A stretch of DNA of 64,000 nucleotides from Ruditapes philippinarum. Lineage: Eukaryota. Positions 35,891-49,386 of this stretch are shown here, piece after piece. The position numbers were made by a program, and so were the translations under genes. How positions within the stretch are numbered: the first letter of the stretch is position 1; the number at the start of each line of letters is the position of its first letter. A model generated the notes under the pieces. It worked only from the letters and a program-made list of their open reading frames with translations, was not told the DNA's origin and searched no databases. The stretch lies in the NCBI RefSeq assembly GCF_026571515.1, contig NW_026852705.1:1-64000 (forward strand), in the 5' to 3' direction.

Positions 35891-36543
35891 CAGTTGAAAA
35901 GAATATGTTGGAATATAATGAGAATCGGCACATTTTTTTACTATAAGTAAATTTTATAAAGCACAATACTTAGGCAGATTCCAGTCATGCTTGAATCTAG
36001 TCCTTTGTCAACAGTGCATACTCTGCATTTTCAATTCACCAAACTTCCGTAACCTGGGCAACTATAAATGTTATCGTTTTACTCTTTGACCTGGAATTCT
36101 AGTTCCCCTTTTTACATAAAAACTGTGGCCCATTGAACGAAATTGTGAAGCTGTCAGTGTATACTTTATTTTTTAAAAAGTAACTGTGCACCATAATCAC
36201 ATCCGGCGGCATTGTTTATTGGTATTTGTTCGCGATATAACATCATTTCTTTTATCAGGATCATTTAGTCTTCCAGATTCCCCCCCCCCGTTAAATGGAA
36301 ATAAGCTTGATATCTTGGTAATGTACAAACATGAATAGTGTTATTAATTAAAAAATAAGAAAGTAAACAAAACCTATGGAACGGGGAAAATGTTCTTACA
36401 TCTAGAACTAGAAAGAAAGTTATATATAATATTTTATGACTTTCTGTCTGAGATTTTAAAGATAGTAGCGCACATGCAGCAAATAAATTACACTGAACAA
36501 TTCTTTGATGGTGATACATATATTTTAAATTGTTCTTTTTGAA

Positions 36544-36760
36544 ATACAGTAGGAATTCTGAGTCGAACTTCGATTAGTCGATTTTCTCGATGTGTCGAAG
36601 TAAAATGAATGGCCCAATTTTCTATATATTCCATATAAAAGTCTATAAAAATTATATGAGTCGAAATTTTATGTGTCGAAGTTTTTTCGATGTGTCGAAG
36701 TTTTTTCGTGGTCCGTATAGAATAAATCGAGTACAATTCACCACAAATAAGTCGAAGTCC
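36544..36760. mobile_element. MITE end (TA-CAGT..., repeated TGTCGAAG; Tc1/pogo-like), partial
   Basis: TACAGTAG followed by several GTCGAA repeats; the other end was not found. Confidence 0.4.
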
Positions 36761-38539
36761 TTGTATGCCCTTTAGGACACGCATGCACATGTAGTCTATA
36801 GCCGTGTAAGTCAAAGCCCTGGCACGTTTTGCAGGAAAGGTTATTGATTTCCCCGTATTTTCAACGGCTATTAATAATTGTCGATAATTGTGCTGCATAA
36901 ACTCTCACGAGTTATTTACAATCTCCGTCATGTCATGTAGCCCTACAAATGTTGCATCTGTGCAGAAAGTCTGTATAGAAATTTAAGAATAATCAAGACT
37001 TGATGAAATTCTAATGATAAAAATGAATGTATGGAAATAGATACATTTATATTGTCTTAATAGTTTTTTTAGGTACATTTGTATATCATTTATGATTGTT
37101 GGAGATCTTAGTCAGTGTCGATAGTAAGGGTAGGAAGAAAGGGATACCAGCTCCAATTATTAGTGAATTGAATTATAAATAAGCCGTTTATTTCAATCAA
37201 AATGTGCGATCAGTGAAGAAAATCAAAAATTTCTGTAGAGAAAGAAAAATTGTTTTTTAAAAGGAGAATAAACAGCTCACTGATTAAACAACAAAATGCT
37301 TTACAAAGTTATGTACAATGTAATGTTTTGAATTATAATTCTAGGTTATTTAAAATAGTGAGTTTTTCCCCCACAATTTGATCTGCTGAATTCTATTTTT
37401 CTATATTACACAATAGTTGCAAGAAACCTTATTGGTGTCTTTTTTGTCAGCTTCAAACAGACTTATATTCATTTTCTTGTTCTCTTCCGCACTTCGTATA
37501 TCTTGCAGAAAATGAAATTTCTACGAAGCAGCTTATATTTGAGTGTTTAGAAATATTTTAAAAAAAAAATTGTTACTTCTCTTTGCATATCATTAACTTT
37601 GGCCTTCAGCTTTTATTTTTTGTTGTTTCAAATTAAGTATTTCAGTAGTTTTATCTTGGAAAAGTGCATCATGTCCTTGTTAGGCTATCTTCAAAACGAT
37701 TTCCTGAGAGCTATTTATAACGCATCGGTGACATTTGTTTCTAAAAATAGAAGATAGTCACTTTACTAATTTACATATAAGAGACCGTACCTGTAGATTA
37801 GAGATATCGAGGTGTTTCCTTATTGTTTATATATTTTATCGGTGGCAAATTTCAATTTCCTACTTAATTCCTTGATTTGACAATTATATGAAACGATTTA
37901 TCTTTAAAAAAAACATATTTTAACTTTTAGAAAAGCTAAATATTTCTCTTTAATGGCATTAATGTCCTGTATTTATTTTACATTTCTATCATGCTCAACT
38001 TTTTTAGTGCTCCATTGACAAACATTTGCCACATGAACAGTCTCTGTATCATGTCTATAGAAATTCAAAACATTGCTTTAAATTTATATTCTTCTATATT
38101 TTTATATTCTTCTTTGTTTTATGAACAAATTCACATTTTTTCTGCAAAGTTTTATAAACAAATTCTTTTATTTCTGCAAAGAATACAACCTACTACATAC
38201 ATTTCTTATTCCAGATATTTGATTTTAATAAAGATCTTGTGTACGGTGGCATTTAACTTGGCTTTAATGACCTTTGGTCTTATAAATAATCTGTTGGTTG
38301 TTTTTTTTTTTGCCATATCTTTCATAAGTTATTAGCATAATTATCTATTTACTTGTGTTTTTAGAACACGCTCATGTGAATCTTTATATAATTATTAAGT
38401 TCAACATTGCTGCAACTTGATAATGTAAATGTGCAATTTGCCTGAAGAAAAAGATGCATATCTTTCACTTTTTCAGTATTTTTAAAACTTTATGCAAACT
38501 TGTGTTTCAAGCGTTGTTCATTTTTCAAGCTTATTCTAT

Positions 38540-39240
38540 TGTTTGAGCTCATAGATTTGGGTTCACAGTAAAGATCACTTTCAACACATAGTTCAAGCTT
38601 ATTAATAGTTCATACTCAGTTGACAGTTCAAACTCATAAATTTCATAGTTAAAGCTCATTACAAAATTCAAGGTCATTACATATATAGTTCAAAGTCATT
38701 ACATATCTCAGATTCATTTTCTTATTTAAGCTCATAGTTCGGTTCATATCTTAATACAAGCTCTTTTTTTAGTCCAGACCCTATAGTTCAGGCTCTCACA
38801 GCTAAAGCTCATAACATGATACAGTCTCATCTTTATAGTTTAGACTCATATGTCATGCTCATTACATATTTAAAGCTCACTTTTTAGGTCAGATCAAACA
38901 TATTTCACAACTCAAGCTCATTTTATAGTTCCAACTTGATTCATAGCTCATTTCATTATAAGTCAAACTCACTTCATTGATCAATTTATTTCACAATTCA
39001 GGCTCATTTCATATTTAGTTCTTATCAGGCAGTTGATGCATTTCGTAAATCAAGCTCATTACATATTACAAGCACATTTCTAAGTTCACTAAGTTCAATG
39101 GTTCTAGCTCATTGCACTTTTCAATAAAATCATAGCATGATTGAATCTCATTTCATAGTTTTGAATCATTGCGCAATATCATTACACATGCAGTTACTGA
39201 AGTTCAAGGGTTTAAGTTCAAGGTCATTTTATAGTGAAAA
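38540..39240. repeat. Degenerate satellite (ATAGTTCAAGCTCATT-like, ~20 bp)
   Basis: Recurrent AGTTCAA / AGCTCAT motifs. Confidence 0.7.
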
Positions 39241-39876
39241 ACCATGCTTGTTTTCTATTGTTTTGTGAACAGTGAATCATGATGTATTTATACTGTGTCT
39301 ATTTTGTAGTAATGTCAGATTGAAAATAAACAGAGGTAATTATATGTGTCAAGTTCATTTTTTTATAATCCACCAATTTCTGGCATTTTGTTATGCAGAA
39401 ATATTCAATGGACTTGTTTATTATTTAAAGTCCGTCTAGCTTATGTCAGAATGGGCTTTAATACAGCAGGAACTTGTATGCTAACCTTTTTTCTTATTCA
39501 GAAACAAGAGAGATATGACGGCCCTACATTACTCATCTGAGACACATTGCCAGAAAAGGACACCATGTTCCAATATATAAATAAATCATTTGGTCACATT
39601 TAGGGGCATTGCCATTTTACCTAAGAGAGATGTTTTATGTAATTTAGAAGAGAATTTGCCTGTAATATTAACATATTTCAATGAATGCGTTACTGTTTGG
39701 ACATTTGGTATTTTATATACCGGTAAAATACATATTCTTCATATAAATAAAACCCAAAAGAAAACAAAAACCACATTTGTAAAACGATTAACTTTATATT
39801 TAACAAAAATAAAATAAATCATATACTTATCACACAAAATAGATTTACTTCTTTAACATTTTCCGAATGGATCATT

Positions 39877-41645
39877 TCATTTTCTGTCATTTTTAAATCC
39901 AAAACAAGCAAGAATAGAGCGAAATGCGCTGGTGAAAAATCCTTTCTTTGATTTCTTCTTGTCTGCCAACTCATTTCTTAAAGCATCTTGTGGTAACTTG
40001 TCATTGATTTGCCGACTGCTAGTAGCTTGTGACTTTGGGCAGATATCTGTAATGCCCATGTCTAGGTTACCATGTTTGGTAGATTTCACAGTTTGGTCAT
40101 CTGACGTCTGCTGCTTTGCGGATTGGCACTGGATGTCGTCTGCTTCTCGATTGTTCCTGTTTAAAATCCAAAAATATTTAATGACATTTATAAATATGTA
40201 ATATAAGTGTTTAGAAAATTTGCATCATAAATTATGAGATGCTAAATATTTAAGAATTAAAGAACAACATTGGTTAAATATTTTTCTTAAACAGAAAAGT
40301 GTTCATTTCAAAATTGGTTAATCATTTTTCTTAATCTTAAACAGAAAAGTCCTCATTTCAAATATACTCATGAAAAAAACAATGATGGTCAATATTTGAC
40401 ACTATGAGCTAGACAAAGAAAAATGTATATCTTTGCAAGAATTCGATACCTTTTTAACTTGGGTTGGCAGTTTAATAAAACATCTTCTGACACCTTTGTA
40501 TCATTCCATTGAGAAGCGGGTACTTTGGAAGTTTTTCTGTCATTTCTGTTTGTATGTTGACTGTAGTCATAATTATCGTCAAGATACATCTTCAACTCTG
40601 AAAAAAAAGAGACGATTTAAAGCATAATGCAACGTTAGATTTAAAATTTACTCCGCACTTGATTATACTAAATGTGAAAATGCATTGGTCGCAAAGAAGT
40701 ACCAGTTGCACAAATAACATATAAATCTATCTTGGAACATTTTCATTTTGTACAAGCTTTGAAATCAGGTTCGATAATAAAATATCATTACAATGCCATA
40801 CTTGCAAAACACTTTTACAAGTTTGATATTAGTCACTACTAATCTTTTCAAACTAGCAGTTGTGAGAAGTTGTCTTAAGTGTCTAAATATTTTTGTAACT
40901 TCCCGAAAACCTGTACGTTTAATTAATTTACCATATGCAGACTGGTTTCTTATATCAGCTCTAGAGCTATTATGTCCGGTTGCGCGTCTTTTTCGCTGTC
41001 CAACTTGACCATGTTTTTGTGGCATCGGCCTCCTCTGACCTTGCGGTGGTAAAGCGCTCTTACTTCGCCTTTTCTTCTGTGTTGTCTTATCATTAGCTAC
41101 TAAAATAAGGAAAAGGAAGAGTGTAAATATCCATTGACAAACTTTATGATGGAATAATGTTCCATTTGGAGTACCTCTTTGATGGGTGGGAACCGAAAAG
41201 TTGCTTTACAATTATTAAATAACCTTGTAATAGAAATTATTGCTGTAATGTTATCAAGTTTATAACATCAGCTGAAGTCTCCTTTTCTAACGTACAGTCA
41301 TGTTCTCTTAATTAAGTATTCGATACGCAATCTAGACAGAGCCCCAACCTTATGTCAAAGGGTGACTTGACATTGTAGATGGGCCAAGTGATAGTCAAAC
41401 ATAAAATGTTATTTTCTGAGTTGCAAATAATACTTTCACTGATTCATGCATAATTCAAATAAACAATATTTAACAATTTAAAAAATATAAGAAATATTTC
41501 AAAACTTACCTTTTCTGCGATTTGCCGGTTTTCTTTGGGAATAGTGTCCTCTATATGTGCCAACTAAAGACTTTGCCCTTTTTGATGAACACATTTTGTC
41601 CATTCTTGAGTGAGCTTTGTAGTCGTTTCTTGTTAATCTGTTCAT
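39877..41645 (-). CDS. Uncharacterised basic protein (~243 aa) with a C-terminal amphipathic helix
   Basis: Exons 41510-41645, 40932-41099, 40450-40597 and 39877-40156 with GT-AG and consistent phases (1,1,2). This joins three ORF-track fragments; the protein ends KKKSKKGFFTSAFRSILACFGFKNDRK. Confidence 0.65.
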
Positions 41646-42660
41646 AATTCACTGTAACATGATTTTCATATTAAATAATTAAGTGTGCTCAAAACAAATC
41701 AGTTTTTTCCAGCATTTTCGATTATTTGAATTATCATGGTTGTTTAAATGAGAACGGAAATCATATCAATTTTCTTATATTGAGAATGGTTACGGCGTCT
41801 TTTTATAATGTGTGTCCAAGTCATACTGGGGTCATAACAATTTTTTGAGAGTGGATCGAATTAGCTGTGTTGAAGTTTTTATCACAAAAGAGCTAAATAA
41901 ATCTTACAATTGAAACTCATTTAAGTTTTGTAACATTTTGAATCTCTTTACTGACCATAACATATCCGGTAAAACGTATTTATAAAGAAATTATAAATGA
42001 TAATAAAAAACGTATGCACATACCGTTACGTGTTGATATCTTATGTTGCGGAACGTCGTTTCTATGACACGTTACGTCAGGAAATTTAATTATGATTACG
42101 TCAGTACAACGTTATTGACGTGATGAAAATATAATAGAATGCGTCTTACATGTATCTTTTTTTCCTAATTGCTGGACAATTTTCTCAATTTCACTTAACA
42201 TTAGAACATATTATGCAGACGTTACCAATAAACATGGCGAAATATGAATCTAGAGTCTTAATCATATCAATTTCCTTACATTACTTCATAGAAATCTGTA
42301 TGAAAATAATGTTGTAAAAATATTATTTTTAAAGTTTATCTAGCAAGATTTGATAAGAATGCACAATACGGTTTTTTTTCAATACAAGTAAAATACACTA
42401 TTATTTTAACGCTTCTAGGTAAACGGAAAATTAAGATTCGCAATAGCACTGAGTGGAAAATCTTAACTCATTAACCTGCTGGAAACGAGAGTAGTTAGCC
42501 TTTGCCACCAGTAGAGAACCAGGTCAGTCTGCGCTTCCATAGAATACTGACTCCTGAAGAATCAAAGTACTGAAGTACAGTTGGGCTGGCTATTTGTCAC
42601 CACGTTTTACACATGTCAATACAAAAAGTTAAAATGTCTTCACTAAACAATTGGTATATA

Positions 42661-43875
42661 CAGTCGACATTGTATTAAGAGACCACTCAAGGGACTGCCA
42701 AAAAGTGGTCTCTTAATAAAGTGGTCTCTCAATAGAATTCTGGAAAATTCGAGACTTTATTATATTACAAGTCATAGATATAATAACATCTTTTTATAAA
42801 AACAAAAACTGTACAATATTATATAATCATTATGTATTACAGATTCATAATTACATTTATGCCTTTTGTTTAAAAAAGTCACAAGATGTGTTTGTTTTTT
42901 TTTAGTAGAAATATTATTAATATGGTCATACACATCTATACACATCTCCTGCTGAACATACTTTCAAATCATCAGCCAGACCTCTAGATAATTTTTCATG
43001 CAATGAGTTTTAAAGTTCTTGATTTTTTTCAGCAATTAGTTTTCACACTACCCCGATTTCAAAACATTAAAGTTTGAGAGATCTTAGATTATCATTATAT
43101 ATTTTTTTATTTTATTTATTTTTTTTGTCGAAGGGTCATATTTAATGGGGTACTACATGTATTTTATAAAGCATCAGATGAGCACCTAGATCTACACCGT
43201 CAGCAATGAAAGGCTGTAATGTTTATTTCACTACGTTTCACGATTTTATTTTTACTACAAACGATGGCATTTGCTATTTACTCAGACTCAATTCCATGCA
43301 CGATTTCCTCATTCATTTTTTCCGGTATTATTATTTGTCTGTCATTTTTTCGCTCGTTCCGACGTCATTTTCAATGATTTTCTGGAAGGGAGGTCACTCT
43401 GAGCACATGACAAAACTGTGCCAATGCGGTGTTGTGATACGTTATTGCTCTGACAAAATATGTCACAATAAATATTACTATCGGAAAACTGTTTCTTTCT
43501 TTCCGATTTTGAAACGATTGCAATTGTTATTAATTTCGTTTTTAAACGACAATTATTTGTGACGGTCTAATTGACGACCGTTTAATAGATACTTTAAGAC
43601 CAATGACCATGAAAAATATTTGTTTGTTCAAACCTACTCGCTAATTACACAGGTGAGAATGTCCGTAGGGACGATTGTTTGTCACGGCCGTTTAATAGAT
43701 ACTTTAACACTGAATTTTGTACATTTGGGCGGACATTTAGTGGCCGCTGGCCGCGATATAAAATCGTCGTTTAATGGAATTAACTTATATAGTAAAAATC
43801 ATCGGGAGGGATTTTATGCGGCCGCTTAATAAAAAAGTCGCTCAATAAAGGTGGACGCAAGTACGATGCCGACTG
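42661..43875. mobile_element. Tc1/pogo-like MITE with TA TSD
   Basis: TA-CAGTCGACATTGTATTAAGAGACCAC ... GTGGACGCAAGTACGATGCCGACTG-TA. Confidence 0.75.
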
Positions 43876-45142
43876 TACATGTAAAACAGACAGCACAGAA
43901 TGTGAAGTTAGCAACATTACGGTATTTTAAATGACTGATGTCGTAACTTCTTGATAATTTGTCAGTTTACACTGTGCATTCGTTGTATTTTCTGATCCCA
44001 GATCAGGAAATACAATGCTGACATTCAATCTCTGACACAGCGCTATACGACAAACCTAACAACAAGTAGTTCTCAAAACAGCTTAAAACTAGCGATATGA
44101 AAGAAAGAAATATTTTTATTTTGTTACAAGTATCCAACAAATTACAACGCATTCAAAGTTTAAAAGTAGCGTTGGCTTATAGAATTGTCAATAAATGCAC
44201 AATCACAAATTACGCGGATGAATATCATTTTAATCAATGAAAATCGCTCGGCTATTTCCGTAAAGCTTCGGATTATTGTGATTTTAACTAAATAAACATT
44301 TGGTATTTAGACTTTCTGAAAAATAAAGTAAGGATGTTATGTTGACTCTAGGACAGGGACGAATTTAGGGCATTCGACGATCGATAATCAATTTCTACAC
44401 CCGAATATTTAATCCACGTAAACAAAATGCTATTTTAGCGATGTCGATACCGAATACTTCAGAGCGTGTCACACAAATAAATCTGAATGTCGAGTATACA
44501 TGTCGGGCTGTTTTGGCGAGAAGATTTTCGCTAAATTATGTCCATCAGTGTTAAGCAACATGTTTATCGTGAACAAATACCTCGAAATTAATAAGGATTA
44601 CCAACCCTAAATGGGAATTGTAAATTTAGAATTATTTAATTTTATTCAGGCTTGCTTCGTATAACTTCCCCGTAGTGCAGGGGTAAGGCGCTCGTTTAGG
44701 GTGTGAGAGGTCTGGGTTCAACTTTTGTCAGTTGTCAAACTTTATCCAATATTTGAACATTATTAAAATAAATGTTTGATATTTCAAAAGAACTAAACAA
44801 ATGTGGATTTAAGAAGTATAATGTGCAATTAAAAGATGGGTGAAATTCTATATGGTATGAAACTATAACGCATATTTTGAACTAGAAAACCAATAAATAG
44901 GTTATCTAAAACGGAAAATTTTCGGAAATACATATCAACAAGAAACCACATTTTTATAGTGTGCAATTTAATTCCTAATGGTACATACAAGTTGTAATAA
45001 AATACTTATTAAATTCCAATAACAATGTTGTTAAACACAATGTTAATAAAAATGTTTGTCTATGTAATTAAATTAATACATGTACATTTCATCATGGAAA
45101 TGATAATTTGTTACATCTATAAATGATCGTTTACTTAAATTC

Positions 45143-45669
45143 TTAAAGATCCTGTAACACAATTTTCATGGTTTTAAATCATAAATATGATGCTCAAATT
45201 AAGATTTATCAATATTGTAGGTTCCAAAAAACATCATTTATAAATATATTACCGAATTTAACATTTCATGTAAATAAAGGGAGGTAACAAAAAATTATTG
45301 TCTATAAAGTTTAAGTCAAATTTTACAATAAGAAATGAATGCATATATCTTAATGTCATTCTGGAAACATTCAAATAATAATTATCAACACCTCCAACGT
45401 TTCGAGGGGATAAACACCTCCTTTTCAAGGAGTTAACAGGAACTTCTTGATAAAGAGGGGTTTATCCCCTCGAAACGCTGGAGGTTTAAACTTTGTGAAT
45501 TTGATAATTATATTTTAATGATTACATATAATGTACACAAATATTTGCAGTAGAAATTTTAAATATTCTTCGATGTTTGAAAATTGTTTTATTTGCATAA
45601 TTATGTATACATATATATAATTTCACTTAGTGTGGTTTACCACTTTGATCACAACATACAGGATCTTAA
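45143..45669. mobile_element. TTAA-flanked MITE (Kolobok-like), copy 2, with a palindromic insertion
   Basis: TIR AGATCCTGTA/TACAGGATCT; homologous to 19653-19985, plus an extra ~160 bp at ~45355-45515. Confidence 0.7.
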
Positions 45670-45689
45670 TGAATAAATAAACCGGTAAA

Positions 45690-45855
45690 CATGTTTGTTT
45701 TTGGGTTTTTCGTCGCACCAACACAGTATAGATCATATGGCGACTTTCCGGTTTTAATGATTGAGGAAGGCATCAGGTGCCCTTCCAAACATTCTTTCAG
45801 GAACGAACGGGTACCTGAACAGAACCATGAACGTTCCATAAGCTAACTGGATGGT
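45690..45855 (-). mobile_element. SINE/LINE 3' tail fragment
   Basis: Simple-repeat tail (GTTT)n next to CATATGGCGACTTTCC...; looks like a dispersed-repeat end, family not verified. Confidence 0.4.
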
Positions 45856-46090
45856 TTTTACTGTTGTGTATTTACAAGCCTATCGACTACGAGAAATATT
45901 CATTGGAAATTGTTACTGTTTTGGTCACATTTATTTCCAGTTTACACAAATAAAGATATCTCACGAAAGCGCAAAAAGACGAAAATTAGAGACTCGGATT
46001 CGATTGAGTCTGTTTATAATAGGCGACGTGACTCTACCGCCTTTATAAACCCAAAACACCAGTAGTATTCATAGTTCAGTAATTGACGTA

Positions 46091-47278
46091 TTACTTGAAC
46101 TCATTTTCTAAAAGGAAAGCTATGAACTTTGCGTGCATTTGTTTTGCATGGACTGCATTGTCAGTTTTTGAAGCTTTCCGTAATACTTCATTGTTTTCTA
46201 TGATTTCTCTTACACCAATCTGTGGCATCTTCATATCGTCCACCTTCATTAAAGTGTTTGTCAGAGCAACATATCTAGGATCGTTAATTGAAGTATCAAA
46301 TTTTTCCCCAAACTTTCCAAAGAATCTTGGAGACTCAACCCATTTAGGAGTCACTGAATCGGTATTTGCTGAGGATTTTATAGGCCCAGATGGAAGAGAC
46401 GCATAACGTACGGATTTCGTTGGACTAGATGACCTTGACTTTTCTGGTGATGCTGACTTACTATTGGAGCCGTTCACCGAGGGAAATCTGAATTCAGTCT
46501 TTATGTCGTCTACATCATACTTGTGAACTGTTGAACTGCTTGTATTCACATAAACACCACGATTTGGTAGTTTTGTTTTGTCAGACGGAATGTTAGCACA
46601 CTTTGTCCTCCCGTTACTATTTTCGCCCCTTTTAACAGCACTTTTAATGGTACCTTTATAGTTTGTAGAGCTTTTCTGACTTGTAGCTTTATTTGATTGC
46701 CTCGTAGCATACTTATTAAGATTTAGAACTGTACTTTGTCTCGAAGTCCTCGAAGTTCTTGAATCTGAACGTCCAGCGTCATCACTGGAAACCTTTTTCT
46801 TATCTACTTTTGAACTTAATCTACTAGCCCGTGACCCTGGTCTAGAAATAGGATCCTCACCAACTGGACTTTCACAAGAACTTATTTCATCCATTTGTGG
46901 TACTCGAATTGTCAGCACCTTTTTCGGCCTTTCAGCATGCGTCTTCTCAATAACTTTTCTAGCGGATGCCATGAACTGTTTCATCATCTTATCTTTATTA
47001 TTTTGCCTCTCTACAAATTTTTGTTTTTCATATTCATGGTTGGTAAGAAATTTGTACCTTTCTCTTCCAAGTTCCAGCTGCCTCGAGTACAACATTCTTT
47101 CCTCCGTTACATTTTCAGTCAGATTATTAACACCGCGAGCAGATTTACGAGGTAAGTTATCACTTTCCCCTTTATTAATCCAACTATTTATTTCTTTGAT
47201 AGTTGTAGATTTATCCTTTTTCACAGAATTACGACGTCCAATGGACGGGGCGCTCTTAGATAAAGTTTTCCTCTCCAT
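46091..47278 (-). CDS. Uncharacterised Ser/Lys/Arg-rich protein, 395 aa (paralog of 50342-51214)
   Basis: Long single-exon ORF; N-terminal coiled block ENVTEERMLYSRQLELGRERYK and C-terminal DPRYVALTNTL are shared with the neighbour. Confidence 0.85.
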   Translation of the reverse strand: MERKTLSKSAPSIGRRNSVKKDKSTTIKEINSWINKGESDNLPRKSARGVNNLTENVTEERMLYSRQLELGRERYKFLTNHEYEKQKFVERQNNKDKMMKQFMASARKVIEKTHAERPKKVLTIRVPQMDEISSCESPVGEDPISRPGSRASRLSSKVDKKKVSSDDAGRSDSRTSRTSRQSTVLNLNKYATRQSNKATSQKSSTNYKGTIKSAVKRGENSNGRTKCANIPSDKTKLPNRGVYVNTSSSTVHKYDVDDIKTEFRFPSVNGSNSKSASPEKSRSSSPTKSVRYASLPSGPIKSSANTDSVTPKWVESPRFFGKFGEKFDTSINDPRYVALTNTLMKVDDMKMPQIGVREIIENNEVLRKASKTDNAVHAKQMHAKFIAFLLENEFK

Positions 47279-47879
47279 TCCTTTCTACTTCATATTTTAG
47301 TTGAATTCTAATTTCAATAAGTGATATTATATATGTTTTAGAATCAATTCACATTTGTCATTTTATAAAGGATATCAAAAATATATCACAACAAATAGAA
47401 GAATATCACCGTTGCTTTTTAAATTTTAAAACAATATCTACTCTTGTTATTTAATATTCACTCTATGAATTCATCATGAAATCTTTTTAAAAAAATGGAT
47501 TAAATTTAATCTATGCTTAAGTTAGAAAATAAGAACAATAATTCATGAACCTGGCGGATTATAATAATCTACTTTGACTGACGGACACAACAAAGCTGTC
47601 CTTAGATTAACCATGTCAAGCAAAGCTTTCACACGTTTATTACCATTGGTAAAAAGCCTCTCGATCACTGGTTATGCAGGTAGTTTATATGATCGGCTAC
47701 ATCCGATTAACATCGGAGAAGCATATAAGAAACATAATATAAATTTTAAATAGTAAGCTGTCTACAAATAGCATTCAGTTTTCATCTTTGTTATATAAAA
47801 AGAAAAAAAATCAATCATTATTTTTGACATAAGGACTCGTACAATCTTGGCATATCTTTTTTAAGTTGACAGTCGAGCA

Positions 47880-48310
47880 GTTTGAAGCTGGCACCCTTAC
47901 ATCTAGCAGCTTAATGTTAGTGACATACACGGCCAAAAATGTATTATAATCACTTCCTGGGGATATTGGAGGCAAATTTGCTATGAAAATAACTTCTAGG
48001 GCGCGGACTATATATAAGCTTTGTAACAGTCTAGCAACATGACGTTGGTAGCCTAGCAGCTTGTGTTAGAGGCATATACTAGACACATGGAAACTGCCGA
48101 AAAGGCATTGTAATCACTTTCTAAGGACACAAGAAGCAATATATTGATATAAAACAATAAATCTCTATAAGGCGTGGAAAATATATAAGATTCGTGGCAG
48201 CCTAGCAGCTTGAAGTTTACAGCCTAGCAGCCTACAGTTAGTGACATGTACTAGACTTACAGAAACGCCCGAAAATGCATTACTATCACTTTCTAAGGAT
48301 ATTTGAAGCC
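47880..48310. repeat. Degenerate tandem repeat (~170 bp x ~3)
   Basis: CTAGCAGCTT ... GAAAATGCATT..AATCACTTTCTAAGGA ... ATATATAAG recurs. Confidence 0.6.
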
Positions 48311-49250
48311 TTGTTGATAGGAAAAATATACAGACTACACATACATTTTTTCAATGTTTTAGTCAGTTTGTTTACAAACAGATTTGTTGTTTTATATAGA
48401 CATAAATGGGGCAGTTTTGAATTTATTAATTTTAATTTAATTATTAACTTTAGGCTTTTTGTTTGTGAATTATACTAGATCTGTCTGTCCAGTTAATGAT
48501 AAACATAATGGTTATTAGAGACCACATCCGGAAATAAAGCTCAGAAATAACCAAAACAAATGATCATTCTGTAAGCGAAATGTATAAGTTGATAACAGTT
48601 CGATTGAAACACAAAACTATAAAAGCTTGCTATAATTGATCTAATTTTTAAATGACTCAAAACATGTTGCGCAACAATTTGAATATGATTTATTGATACC
48701 ATATCTCATTTGAGAGTGAACGGCATATGATCAAAACGAAAAAGAAAAAACAAAAAAAAAAATATTCATAATAGCAGAATATGACAATGCCGGCGCTTTA
48801 TTGTTACGTGCACGACTGGATGTCATGCAACCATAAATATTACATAAGCGAGGGGGCAGCGGGTTTCAGTAAGACAATTAAACAAACACCCTGTGGTAGT
48901 ATTTCATTTCCATTCTTGGTATATCACAATTGTGTAAACTTTACATGATATATTGCACAATCATCCTTCTATCAATACACCGGATTTTATTGTCACCATG
49001 AATTGTTATGTTATATATGACCATATTGTATACACAGCAGAATCATACAACGAGTATTGTAGTGCCTGTTGTGTCATGACTGCAACAGTATAAACTTGGT
49101 GAGTAAGAAGTTATGTGAGCATCGTGTAATAATAATTTTAAGAAATTATTTTTGTTTAATTACTTAAAAGGAAACTTAAAAGGAAGCCCCGGCCGGGCTT
49201 TCATATAGTAATGATAGCTAAACAAACACATTATCCTTATATGAAGATGA

Positions 49251-49386
49251 ATATTCTGAAAGACATTTTCTAAAGCGACCATTTGACTAGTGAGCCATTG
49301 AATATGCTGTGATATTCAATGGCTCACTAGTCAGTAATTGTTTTATTATATGAATGGTCGCGTTAGAAAATGTCTTTCAGTATATT
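49251..49386. repeat. Long foldback palindrome
   Basis: CTGAAAGACATTTTCTAA.GCGACCATT..GACTAGTGAGCCATTGAATAT / ATATTCAATGGCTCACTAGTC...AATGGTCGC.TTAGAAAATGTCTTTCAG. Confidence 0.85.

Noticed and set aside
36488-36898. 136-aa ORF (and the similar 43206-43562 and 37991-38335 ORFs)
   Set aside because: They lie within MITE or AT-rich sequence, with no transposase or other motif.
46083-47300. Plus-strand ORFs overlapping the 395-aa gene (also 7885-8109, 28592-28903, 59633-59851)
   Set aside because: They are antisense shadows of real CDSs.
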